The notes under the pieces: model-generated
Databases searched by the model: none
What the model saw: only the letters and a program-made list of their open reading frames with translations
What the model was told of the DNA's origin: nothing
Made by a program: the position numbers and the translations under genes
In this document: one piece after another, positions 8,369-17,004 of the stretch
How the letters are laid out: each line of letters opens with the position of its first letter
Position numbering within the stretch: position 1 is the stretch's first letter
Virus record (IMG/VR): IMGVR_UViG_2595698876_000001
Location: 3,428-67,427 of that record
Reading direction: 5' to 3' (one strand)
From: a virus
Lineage: Duplodnaviria > Heunggongvirae > Uroviricota > Caudoviricetes > Herelleviridae
DNA length: 64,000 nt

Positions 8369-8977
8369 TTAGTTAGCCTCCTTAGTAATAACTTGTCCGT
8401 TTTCTTTTACTGGTGCTGCTTCGTTAAACGCTTCCGTCATAGAAGTAAGTTGTTTTGGTCGGTAGCATCGACTCTCTTGCTTGTTCTTCACTTGTTTAAT
8501 TTGTTCGATGCATTTTTTGAACTCTTTAGACAAGTTCGGGTATTTTACTAGCATAAGTTTTAATGGTTGCGTAGCTTCTTCGAAGTTCTTAGCTCCACGA
8601 CGTTCCTCTGCAATCAGACCAATCTTGTCCCAGTTCGCAGCTTTCTCTTCTATTGTTAATCCCTTCAAGAACTCCGCACCATGATATAAATCTTGTCGAG
8701 CTTTGTCCAATCGACCTACATCGTCGTATGCTTGGTTATGTGATTTAGGGTACTCAACCAGAACTGTACTCATAATCTCCATGTTAGCGATTACTTCTTC
8801 TGTAGAAGCGTATCCTAATGTCATTCCTTCTTCTTCTAACCATGCTTTACCTGATGTCGTTTGCACTTCATCATCTACTAGTTTAAAAGCTTCTTGTAAG
8901 CGCTCTTTCGCTGCTTTCGTCATTTTACCTGCTGTTACCACGTCTTGTAATAAATCTCTCACTTTTTTAAGTTCCAT
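8369..8977 (-). CDS. hypothetical helical protein (202 aa)
   Basis: ORF track. Confidence 0.75.
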   Translation of the reverse strand: MELKKVRDLLQDVVTAGKMTKAAKERLQEAFKLVDDEVQTTSGKAWLEEEGMTLGYASTEEVIANMEIMSTVLVEYPKSHNQAYDDVGRLDKARQDLYHGAEFLKGLTIEEKAANWDKIGLIAEERRGAKNFEEATQPLKLMLVKYPNLSKEFKKCIEQIKQVKNKQESRCYRPKQLTSMTEAFNEAAPVKENGQVITKEAN

Positions 8978-9083
8978 TGTTATGTACCTCTTTCTATTAT
9001 TTTATTTTTTCGTCTTCTATGTATTAATCATGGTGTTCGTTTTATATAGTTACTTTCAACTTATCACCTCCTCTATGAATCTA

Positions 9084-9112
9084 ATTCTATCATAGTATTC
9101 ACTTAAAGTAAA
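9084..9112 (-). promoter_or_regulatory. sigmaA-type early promoter
   Basis: TTTACT-17-TAGAAT. Confidence 0.6.
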
Positions 9113-9129
9113 CAACATTTTTCTACTTT

Positions 9130-9339
9130 TTATTCAATACGCCAGCCATAATCCACAAACTGCTGTGACCAAGTTTCATGAGCCATCTCTAAAAACGTAT
9201 CCACTTCTTCTTTTGAATCCCCATCCCATTCCGGGTTGTACCCTAATTCACCTAACGTGAACTCTTCTTTCCTATTCGCTCCGGAGTACCCGATACTGTA
9301 GTGAAACACTACGACTGTATCTTCATTGTATTTAGTCAT
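9130..9339 (-). CDS. acidic hypothetical protein (69 aa)
   Basis: ORF track; GGAGG SD. Confidence 0.7.
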   Translation of the reverse strand: MTKYNEDTVVVFHYSIGYSGANRKEEFTLGELGYNPEWDGDSKEEVDTFLEMAHETWSQQFVDYGWRIE

Positions 9340-9985
9340 TGAAATGCATCCCTCCTGTAAATTCTATATAAAGACCTGTAGCTTTCGCAAACGCTAACTC
9401 GATTTCATCTTTCTTCTCGTAATACTTGTCCATTGATTCATCTGTGTATACGAAAGTCCAGTCGTCCGGATAATTTTCATCTTCCCGTTCGTCTTCCGTA
9501 ATAGGACGTAGTTCTAGCTCATCTGATACCCAGTCACAGAAATTATCGTCAATTACCGTGATAATATCTCGTACAACATTAGCTTTGTACTTCTCGTTAC
9601 CGTTATACCATCGTGTATCTATTTCCGGAAGCCCTTCTCCATTGAATAGTGGCAAGTCCACTAACGCTCGTTTGTCTACAGCGATATAGTACATGTCGCT
9701 ACCCCACCCAAGTTTATGAGCTAATGATTGTCTACTAATCCGTAAAGTAAGACCATCAACTTGCCCGTTCTTTCCAAAATAACGGTTTGTTTTTAATTCT
9801 TTGTTTATAGCACTCTCTGTCTTAGGACTTAACGAACGTAACCAAACTGTAGCATCCACTTGGTTCGAATGGTATACGATAACCCCTTCGGTTAGTGGTT
9901 CAATTTCGATTAAACCGTTAACAATTTTCTCTGTAGTTACAACCCTTTGTCCTACTTCAAAGTCAATAAAAGGTCTGTGGCTCAT
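9332..9985 (-). CDS. hypothetical protein (217 aa)
   Basis: ORF track; overlapping neighbours. Confidence 0.75.
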   Translation of the reverse strand: MSHRPFIDFEVGQRVVTTEKIVNGLIEIEPLTEGVIVYHSNQVDATVWLRSLSPKTESAINKELKTNRYFGKNGQVDGLTLRISRQSLAHKLGWGSDMYYIAVDKRALVDLPLFNGEGLPEIDTRWYNGNEKYKANVVRDIITVIDDNFCDWVSDELELRPITEDEREDENYPDDWTFVYTDESMDKYYEKKDEIELAFAKATGLYIEFTGGMHFND

Positions 9986-10593
9986 TTCCCTTCCTCCTCA
10001 TTCAATTGTTTACCCATTGCAAGTAGCATGTTTCTAAATACTGGTAAATCTCCTCGATTGTCGTACCCCATAGAGTATGTGAAGACGCGAGACTTACCTA
10101 GATTATGTGCCTGATACTGTCGGTATGCTTTTGCTTTATCTAAGATTAAGAAGAACGCTACATCTTCCCACTCTTTTGTTTCGAAAGCAATATGTATGTT
10201 ATTAATTCCATGAGCTTTAATGTACGCTTCTTCATCATGGATATAAACTTCTTCACCATATACGTCTGTGATAAGGCTGTATTCTACTTCTTCGTATGGT
10301 TTGATTTCGATAGGGCAATCTTCACCGTTACCATCGTAATAATCCTCTACTAGTTCCTCCGGCTTCTCATACCACACTTCGTAGTCATCGTCCCATGTGT
10401 ATCGCATATCGTCACCATCGTAGTAGTCTAATAGCTCGTCCACAAATGGAATATATCCTTTTCGTTGCCTTTGTACGACATGGAGTGCATCACATGTGTA
10501 ACGATTATCTTCTGCTCCGTCATGGTGTTTACTATTAAACTCTTTTAACAACTCAATCTGCTTGTCCGTAAGTTCGAAAGTGATTTTAGTCAT
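9982..10593 (-). CDS. Ead/Ea22-like protein (tentative)
   Basis: DNRYTCDALHVVQ...FFLILDKAKAYRQYQAHNLGKSRVFTYS resembles the recalled Ead/Ea22 C-terminal pattern; start moved to MTKITF. Confidence 0.4.
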   Translation of the reverse strand: MTKITFELTDKQIELLKEFNSKHHDGAEDNRYTCDALHVVQRQRKGYIPFVDELLDYYDGDDMRYTWDDDYEVWYEKPEELVEDYYDGNGEDCPIEIKPYEEVEYSLITDVYGEEVYIHDEEAYIKAHGINNIHIAFETKEWEDVAFFLILDKAKAYRQYQAHNLGKSRVFTYSMGYDNRGDLPVFRNMLLAMGKQLNEEEGK

Positions 10594-10897
10594 TCCAGAT
10601 TCCCTCCTCATCATCTAAATATTCTGCATTAGAATCATCAATGATAATTCCGTTTCGATTCGCTTGCTTAACAAAATCCTCCCAAGAACAGCAACCAGCC
10701 CACTCATCTCCGTATTTAACATCCATCAGTTCTTTTCCATTTAATTCGATACTCATCCACCCATATCTATATCTGCAATATAAGTAGTCCCCGTTGTCTG
10801 TCTTACCTTCGAATTGCGTAGGGCAAGCGAAGCATGTCTGTGATATTTTTTCTAACTTTACGTATCTTTTAAGTTGAGTAAACCTTCTCATCGTCAT
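10586..10897 (-). CDS. hypothetical protein (103 aa)
   Basis: TCFACPTQFEG...YCRYRYG motif. Confidence 0.7.
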   Translation of the reverse strand: MTMRRFTQLKRYVKLEKISQTCFACPTQFEGKTDNGDYLYCRYRYGWMSIELNGKELMDVKYGDEWAGCCSWEDFVKQANRNGIIIDDSNAEYLDDEEGIWND

Positions 10898-11163
10898 TAT
10901 AGTTCCCCTTCCCTATTTAGAATTTTAATTACAGCAACATCAACCGCCTCTAACATATCTTCTACACTAGTAGCTTCGCTTTCTCGTAAATCCTTATGTA
11001 ATAACGCAATTAACGCTTTCGTGATGTTTGAATAGTAACCTACTACCTTGTAATCATGACCTAAAACTTTACCCTCTTTATTCTTCTTCTCATACTTCTC
11101 ATTGATGATAACGTTCATCGGGTCTGACGTAAGCTTGTACTTTTCTCCTACATAAATTTCCAT
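10897..11163 (-). CDS. hypothetical phage protein (88 aa)
   Basis: AGGAGG SD; follows sigmaA-type promoter. Confidence 0.75.
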   Translation of the reverse strand: MEIYVGEKYKLTSDPMNVIINEKYEKKNKEGKVLGHDYKVVGYYSNITKALIALLHKDLRESEATSVEDMLEAVDVAVIKILNREGEL

Positions 11164-11185
11164 TTGTTATCTCCTCCTTGATTTA

Positions 11186-11214
11186 ATATTACTACATTAT
11201 TTACTAAAAGTAAA
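11186..11214 (-). promoter_or_regulatory. sigmaA-type early promoter
   Basis: TTTACT-17-TAATAT. Confidence 0.6.
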
Positions 11215-11232
11215 CAACTTTCTTTAAAAATT

Positions 11233-11733
11233 TTAATCTACTTTTTTATACACCCTAAAGCGGAATCTAGCTCCCATCTCTTCTATACCTGCTGTAGAGG
11301 CTGTTCGCTTGTAAAAACGCTTATAAATACTTTTGTCGAACTCCGGGAAAAAGGAATCCGCATCATACTCTTTGTCGATTTCCGTTATGTATAATCTATT
11401 AGCCATCGGCATAAACTGTTTGTAAATAGAATCTCCACCGATTACCATTAGTTCTTTCTCGTCCTTGAAGTCATTAAGTACTTCGTGGATAGTATGGTAT
11501 ATGCGTACATCCTTGTGTAGCGGCTTAAAATCTTTGTTTCTAGTAAGTACAATGTTAATCCTACCCGGTAGGAACTTCCCGATGGATAGGTGTGTCTTAC
11601 TTCCCATAATTACAGGTTTACCCATCGTCTTTTCTTTAAACCAATTAAAATCTTCTTTGCTGTGCCATAGCATCTGATTGTCTTTACCAATCTCTCTATT
11701 CTTACCGTGTGCAGCTATTAGTGATATAATCAA
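11233..11733 (-). CDS. folA: dihydrofolate reductase
   Basis: IGKDNQMLWHSKEDF, VIMGSKT, LPGRINIVLTR, VIGGDSIY, DSFFP motifs. Confidence 0.95.
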   Translation of the reverse strand: MIISLIAAHGKNREIGKDNQMLWHSKEDFNWFKEKTMGKPVIMGSKTHLSIGKFLPGRINIVLTRNKDFKPLHKDVRIYHTIHEVLNDFKDEKELMVIGGDSIYKQFMPMANRLYITEIDKEYDADSFFPEFDKSIYKRFYKRTASTAGIEEMGARFRFRVYKKVD

Positions 11734-11760
11734 TCTTTCATCTCTCCTTTCGATAGTTTT

Positions 11761-11789
11761 ATAATACTAGCATATTTTCGAAAAGTCAA
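11761..11789 (-). promoter_or_regulatory. sigmaA-type promoter of DHFR
   Basis: TTGACT-17-TATTAT. Confidence 0.7.
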
Positions 11790-11807
11790 TAAAAAAAGAC
11801 TACTTTT

Positions 11808-12176
11808 TTAGTAGTCTCCAGAAATAATAAATCCTTCAAAACGGCTTTTGTATACTGAGCTTTCCGCAATGAACTCCGAGAAGATTCGAAGCGCTGCATG
11901 ATACGTTTCTTCTTCCATTTCTTCATCAATTACTAGAGCGAATGTAACGTCCTCATCATCCGTGTAAACGTAGTAGTTTAAATCGTCCGCTTCTAGTTCA
12001 CCGTTTTCGTAAGCGTGTTCCCACTCATTGAACTGTTCGATATTGATGTAATCCTTTCCTCTAGCCCAGAACATAAAACTAGCTGGATTTACATAAGAAC
12101 CGAATTTATCGAAGAAGCTCTCTCCTACTTCATGTTCAAAGTCGATAATCGCGTGAAATACTTCGTGTTTATTCAT
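11808..12176 (-). CDS. strongly acidic hypothetical protein (122 aa)
   Basis: ORF track; D/E-rich. Confidence 0.75.
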   Translation of the reverse strand: MNKHEVFHAIIDFEHEVGESFFDKFGSYVNPASFMFWARGKDYINIEQFNEWEHAYENGELEADDLNYYVYTDDEDVTFALVIDEEMEEETYHAALRIFSEFIAESSVYKSRFEGFIISGDY

Positions 12177-12321
12177 TATTTTTAGCTCCCATCATTTGAT
12201 TGATTGCATACATAGCTCCTAAAAAGCTCAATACACCAGCTACGTTATTACCCGTACCGAACATACCAAAACCAATAAAGGTAAATCCTGCTCCGTAAAG
12301 AGCGTTAACCATACCTCTCAT
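12169..12321 (-). CDS. 50-aa Gly-rich membrane peptide (not in ORF track)
   Basis: TAATG coupling; MRGMVNALYGAGFTFIGFGMFGTGNNVAGVLSFLGAMYAINQMMGAKNNE*. Confidence 0.65.
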   Translation of the reverse strand: MRGMVNALYGAGFTFIGFGMFGTGNNVAGVLSFLGAMYAINQMMGAKNNE

Positions 12322-12530
12322 TATTCCGCCTCCTTGAAATACACAATGTCATCATACTTAATGTACGTATCATCAATTACAATGAAGTCACCGAATCTCC
12401 ATGTTCCATTGGCATGTGTTGAACCAATAACATTTGCCATGACTAGTTCCTCATGAAAGCTATCCATTGTCGTTTGCTGTACTGTGACAGTCAAACATGC
12501 GTTGTTTTTTAGGAATAGGTTGACTTTCAT
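12321..12530 (-). CDS. hypothetical protein (69 aa)
   Basis: ORF track. Confidence 0.7.
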   Translation of the reverse strand: MKVNLFLKNNACLTVTVQQTTMDSFHEELVMANVIGSTHANGTWRFGDFIVIDDTYIKYDDIVYFKEAE

Positions 12531-12532
12531 CC

Positions 12533-12799
12533 TTAATCCTCCACTACAAAAAAGTCTGTATTTTCTGCATGGTCTAAATCTACAATCTCTTGCTCGTATA
12601 AGAAACTGATAAAGCTCTTATCGACACCTACAAATTCGTATAATTCGACGTGGATTGCATCATCACCGTAGTCATCCGGCTTATCGATTTTCGTAACACC
12701 CTTAACTAACATTTCGTTATAAACTGATTTTGGGTCGTAATTGTCGTTAAAATATCTTGCCGCTCCGTCTCCATCACCATAAACTAATAATACTTTCAT
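12533..12799 (-). CDS. acidic hypothetical protein (88 aa)
   Basis: ORF track. Confidence 0.7.
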   Translation of the reverse strand: MKVLLVYGDGDGAARYFNDNYDPKSVYNEMLVKGVTKIDKPDDYGDDAIHVELYEFVGVDKSFISFLYEQEIVDLDHAENTDFFVVED

Positions 12800-13393
12800 T
12801 TAATTTTCCCCCTTGTATACTTTTGTATAAATATCCAACATAACTGCATCTATTGTTCTATGTAAATCTTTAATGGTACCGTCATTTACGACATCGTAAT
12901 GTACTTCTTCATTCATAAGAGTAACTTCTGTTTCGTGTAATAAGTCCTCTTCTTTAAAGTCATCGCCAGCTTCTAGCGAACGTTGAATTTGAAGCTCTTT
13001 AGGCGCTGATACGCGAATGATAAAGTAGCCTTCCTCTCTTAACCTCTGGAACTCATTAGGCTGTCGCACTCCTGTGATAAGGGGTCTAAAAATAACTTCA
13101 TCGTTTATGTAGTTAAATCCATACCTCCAAGCTAAGTCCGAGTAGGTTTCCACCGTTTCGAAACACTTGTCCACCCAGTAGTTCTCCCCATGTACATATC
13201 TCATAAGTTGTCCGTACAATTGGTAACCCTTACGTGGTTTAGGTTCGCGTCGAATATTCTTAAATTCCAAGTGGAAGTCGTCTTTCAATGCATCCGAGAA
13301 ATCGAAAGGTGAACAGTCGAACTTGTCCACCAGATAATTCTCCGCTTCCGTCTTCCCGACACGTAACCCTCCAGCTAGTGCCAGTTTAATCAT
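12800..13393 (-). CDS. deoxynucleoside monophosphate kinase
   Basis: P-loop GGLRVGKT, FSDALK, ITGVRQPNE, HETE; adjacent to thyA. Confidence 0.85.
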   Translation of the reverse strand: MIKLALAGGLRVGKTEAENYLVDKFDCSPFDFSDALKDDFHLEFKNIRREPKPRKGYQLYGQLMRYVHGENYWVDKCFETVETYSDLAWRYGFNYINDEVIFRPLITGVRQPNEFQRLREEGYFIIRVSAPKELQIQRSLEAGDDFKEEDLLHETEVTLMNEEVHYDVVNDGTIKDLHRTIDAVMLDIYTKVYKGEN

Positions 13394-14274
13394 TTAGTTT
13401 CCTCCTTTAGCCCTACAGATACAGGAGCTTTAATCGCTTTATGTGGCGTATACCCTACAATTTCGAAGTCCTCAATCGTGTAATCTTCTAGGTTGTCCCG
13501 TTTTTTCTTGATTACTAGTTTAGGAAGTTCGCGCGGTTCGTTTAACATCTGTTCCTTCGCCTGTTCGATATGGTTACGATATAAATGAACGTCACCACCG
13601 TTGTAAATCAGTTCACCTACTTCTAGTCCACATTCTAAAGCAATTAAATGTAATAACAACCCATAACTAGCAATATTGAAAGCTAGTCCTAAAAACCCGT
13701 CATTAGAACGCATGAGGAATTTTAAATCTAGTTTACCATTGTTATGTACATATAACTGGAAAGCATGGTGACAACAAGGTAATGCAGCTAATTTGAAATC
13801 TGTAGGATGCCATGCACTTACATACAGACGACGAGAAGTTGGATTATTTTTAATCTCTGCAATTACTTTTTTAATCTGGTTGTACCCTTCCCCATTCCAA
13901 TCTGTCCACTGAGCGCCATAGATTCTACCTAAATCAAACCCATCAGACTTAACCATTTCGATAAACTCTTCTTTAGTTAAGTCACCGCCTAACTCTTTAT
14001 ACCAGCGATATCCATCTGGAGTCCAGATATTTACATTTTTATCGATTAATGTTTTTAAGTTGGTATCCCCTTTTAGGAACCACAGCAACTCTTCTGCTAC
14101 TAATCTAAAGGCTACGTGTTTAGTTGTCAGTAATGGGAATCCTTCTGACATATCGAATTTCATTGTGTAATCGAAAATACTTAACGTCCCTGTGCCTGTT
14201 CTATCACTTCTAATTTCACCATGCTTAATTATGTATTCATATAAATCTAAAACCTGTCTATCTACATTGTTCAT
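13390..14274 (-). CDS. thyA: thymidylate synthase (ThyA type)
   Basis: DRTGTGT, ELLWFLKG, LPCCH catalytic Cys, RSND, FNIASY, GDVHLY; no intron. Confidence 0.97.
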   Translation of the reverse strand: MNNVDRQVLDLYEYIIKHGEIRSDRTGTGTLSIFDYTMKFDMSEGFPLLTTKHVAFRLVAEELLWFLKGDTNLKTLIDKNVNIWTPDGYRWYKELGGDLTKEEFIEMVKSDGFDLGRIYGAQWTDWNGEGYNQIKKVIAEIKNNPTSRRLYVSAWHPTDFKLAALPCCHHAFQLYVHNNGKLDLKFLMRSNDGFLGLAFNIASYGLLLHLIALECGLEVGELIYNGGDVHLYRNHIEQAKEQMLNEPRELPKLVIKKKRDNLEDYTIEDFEIVGYTPHKAIKAPVSVGLKEETK

Positions 14275-14280
14275 TATGTA

Positions 14281-14526
14281 TTAATCTCCTCTTCTCATTG
14301 CGTGTGTATCTTGGAACTCTTTAATCCATGCCGGGACTCCAGCATCATCTCGAAGTTCTAAGTGTCCCGTTGTCTCTTTACACTTAGGACAGTACATATG
14401 TTTTAAGTGCTGCTTTTTCTTCATTTTACTACGTTTTCTCCACAGCATTGTTACATTGCCACACACCTCGCATTCTAAATGAGTAGAGGCTGTGACCGTT
14501 TTAGCACCAACAGCCATATCTTTCAC
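14281..14526 (-). CDS. C4 zinc ribbon resembling ribosomal protein bL33 (81 aa)
   Basis: LECEVC-x23-CPKCKETTGHLE matches recalled bL33 spacing; AAGGAGG SD; own promoter. Confidence 0.55.
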   Translation of the reverse strand: MKDMAVGAKTVTASTHLECEVCGNVTMLWRKRSKMKKKQHLKHMYCPKCKETTGHLELRDDAGVPAWIKEFQDTHAMRRGD

Positions 14527-14542
14527 CTCCTTCTTGTAACCT

Positions 14543-14571
14543 ATTATACTATGTTATTTACTTAAAGTCAA
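14543..14571 (-). promoter_or_regulatory. sigmaA-type early promoter
   Basis: TTGACT-17-TATAAT. Confidence 0.8.
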
Positions 14572-15986
14572 CCGTATGTACATTCTAAATCGTGTTTTTT
14601 AGCGAATCTAGTAAGTGCTTGTTTTTCATCTGATGTAGCAGCTCTATTTGCAAACCCTCTAGCTTGTACAATTCTATTTCCACGAATCTCTACAGTTACT
14701 AAAGGCTTGTCCATTTCTTCGTTATCGCGCAAGAAAACAATAATCGTATCACCTTTCGCTACTTTAGGTGCATATGAAGCTACACAGTGATGTTGAGCAT
14801 TACCTTCTGTAGCAATGTCTTTCATCTCTTTTGGAACTAATACGCTGTAACCTCTCATTTTGGTTTCGAACTTCTGGAAGTACTCCTTCTGCTCTTCAAA
14901 CATTTTCTTCGTCGCTTCATCTTCTACTAATTTAAAGTTTCTAGACACGATGTCATGACATAGCTTTAATGAGCGAGGATACTTGTCGAAATCCTCATTG
15001 CCTAACAGTATACTTGTCTCGTAGTAGTCTTTGTACTGACCTACCGCTTCACCAAACTCCATACCTTGACTGACTAGGCAACCAAATAATAGGTACTCTG
15101 TTAATCTATGTAAGTTTTTAATATTATTCCGTGGCTTAAATACAAAACCCCAGAACGTATGCCCTCTATAATGTTGCTGATTCGTTTGATTGCAAGCGAT
15201 AACATTCAAGAATGTACTCATACTAGCATTATTATTGAATACCCGCAATCTATTTTCTAAGTTGTATTCGACTTCTTTCTCTTTTATAAGAGTTTGTATA
15301 CCTCTGTATGTATCCATATCCTTTTGCGTTGCGTATGTCACCCTCTTCATAGAGTCAATAAAATCATCGCTACTTACAGAGTTTTCACTGATGAACTTGT
15401 ACTGAGACTTAGAGACTCCGAATATCTGGTGTAACTTCGTCTTTCCTTCCTCACTACTAGCCCTTTCAATCTGATGTCTAAACACTGTGTTAGACATGTA
15501 AGATATGTCTATACCAGCCTTATAAACCATTTCCAACTTATTGTATGTGGTCATGAGTCGTATGAGCGCCCTAGATGACATGTTAACTTTCTCTTCTCCG
15601 AGAGAACCGATAACTTTAACCATCTTTTCGTACATCCCTTTGTTTTCTTCTACAGACACCATTTCAAAGAACTTATCTTTACTTTCATAGTTGTAAAACT
15701 CATCTCGATGCCAACTGTCTTTAGGTCGTGGGATAACTAAATCCGCGTTATGTATATTGAACTTTACTGGTCTACCATTTCTTTTTATGTAATACTTCTT
15801 GTACCGTAAATCGTATAACACTTCCGTTAAAACTAGGTTTCCATTGTCGTTTGTGTACGTCGCATAGAAATGAAAGGAATATCCTGTCTTCTCAATCATA
15901 TAATAGTTTACATGACCGATAGTTTGTGTTAGTTCCAATTCCCCATTTTTAATCTGGTCTAGCACTTCATTTTTCTCTTTTCTCAC
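14568..15986 (-). CDS. PcfJ-like protein (472 aa)
   Basis: C-terminal EGNAQHHCVASY...IVFLR...TVEI...QARGFANR. Confidence 0.85.
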   Translation of the reverse strand: MRKEKNEVLDQIKNGELELTQTIGHVNYYMIEKTGYSFHFYATYTNDNGNLVLTEVLYDLRYKKYYIKRNGRPVKFNIHNADLVIPRPKDSWHRDEFYNYESKDKFFEMVSVEENKGMYEKMVKVIGSLGEEKVNMSSRALIRLMTTYNKLEMVYKAGIDISYMSNTVFRHQIERASSEEGKTKLHQIFGVSKSQYKFISENSVSSDDFIDSMKRVTYATQKDMDTYRGIQTLIKEKEVEYNLENRLRVFNNNASMSTFLNVIACNQTNQQHYRGHTFWGFVFKPRNNIKNLHRLTEYLLFGCLVSQGMEFGEAVGQYKDYYETSILLGNEDFDKYPRSLKLCHDIVSRNFKLVEDEATKKMFEEQKEYFQKFETKMRGYSVLVPKEMKDIATEGNAQHHCVASYAPKVAKGDTIIVFLRDNEEMDKPLVTVEIRGNRIVQARGFANRAATSDEKQALTRFAKKHDLECTYG

Positions 15987-16048
15987 TTTATTCCTCCTCT
16001 TGTTATTTACTAAATGTTAACTACGAATCTATCATATCACAATAAAAA

Positions 16049-16070
16049 AAGAGAGTCAATAGACTCTCCT
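16049..16070 (-). terminator. intrinsic terminator
   Basis: GAGAGTC stem with poly-T on minus strand. Confidence 0.7.
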
Positions 16071-16078
16071 TAAAATTA

Positions 16079-16984
16079 CTAATTATTTTTAACGTATAAG
16101 TGATAGTTCCAAGCAGCCATTAATCCACGGTCTGTCAATTTATTAACCTCATCTCTATCCGCTTCAATTACATGGATAAGATAGATTCTGATTAACGCGT
16201 AGTCATCTTCTGTTAGTTCACTAGCAGAAGAACCTAATTTTTCATTTCCGAAGTAGTTTCCGATTACTCGTTCTAGTTCGTCAATATCGCTAGAGATGTA
16301 AGATAGGATGCTTTCCACTTCTTCATGAACGTTTTCTTCAACTGTTTCTTCTTCCATATTTTCGTATTGGCATCGGAAGCAGTTACAATCCTCTTCCTCA
16401 TCTCCGTACTGGTAACTTTCTTCTTCCTCTTCTTCGTTGTCGTCATCTTCTTCGCGTTCTTCGTAATCATCTTCGCTTTCCTCATACTCTGAGCCTGAGT
16501 AGTCGTGATATTTCTCTTCTTCCTCGAAGTAGAATGATAGGTCTTCTCCTTCGATATCGATAGTAATTGTACCGTTTTTAACTGTTAACTTGAACTTAGC
16601 AACAGCGCCGTTCTTAAGACCGCCAGCTAACGAGTATCCGCCGCCTTTAGATTTCAACACATTGATTGACTCAACTAACATCGGGCGGTATACGTCGAAT
16701 AACTCACCTTTGTAATCGAAGTAACCCATAACCTCATCGATAAATTCATCGAATGTTTGCTTGCGTTCCTCTTCCTCTACTACTTCTACCTGTTCACTCT
16801 TCGGAATAGCTGTATCGAAAGCTTCATTTAAGTTAAATGCGATAGTACTGAATCGGTCACGCACTCGCTCTTTACCTTCTGTTGTTTCGATATCTAGCCC
16901 GCAAGCTAACTCTTCTACTAATCCTGTAATTTTAGTTTGTGCAATTACCAATCGATTTACGAATAATTCTTTTTTGTTTGACAT
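16079..16984 (-). CDS. hypothetical protein with long acidic tract (301 aa)
   Basis: Central ~55-aa D/E tract and CNCFRC motif. Confidence 0.8.
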   Translation of the reverse strand: MSNKKELFVNRLVIAQTKITGLVEELACGLDIETTEGKERVRDRFSTIAFNLNEAFDTAIPKSEQVEVVEEEERKQTFDEFIDEVMGYFDYKGELFDVYRPMLVESINVLKSKGGGYSLAGGLKNGAVAKFKLTVKNGTITIDIEGEDLSFYFEEEEKYHDYSGSEYEESEDDYEEREEDDDNEEEEEESYQYGDEEEDCNCFRCQYENMEEETVEENVHEEVESILSYISSDIDELERVIGNYFGNEKLGSSASELTEDDYALIRIYLIHVIEADRDEVNKLTDRGLMAAWNYHLYVKNN

Positions 16985-17004
16985 ATTATATTTCCTCCTA
17001 TTAT

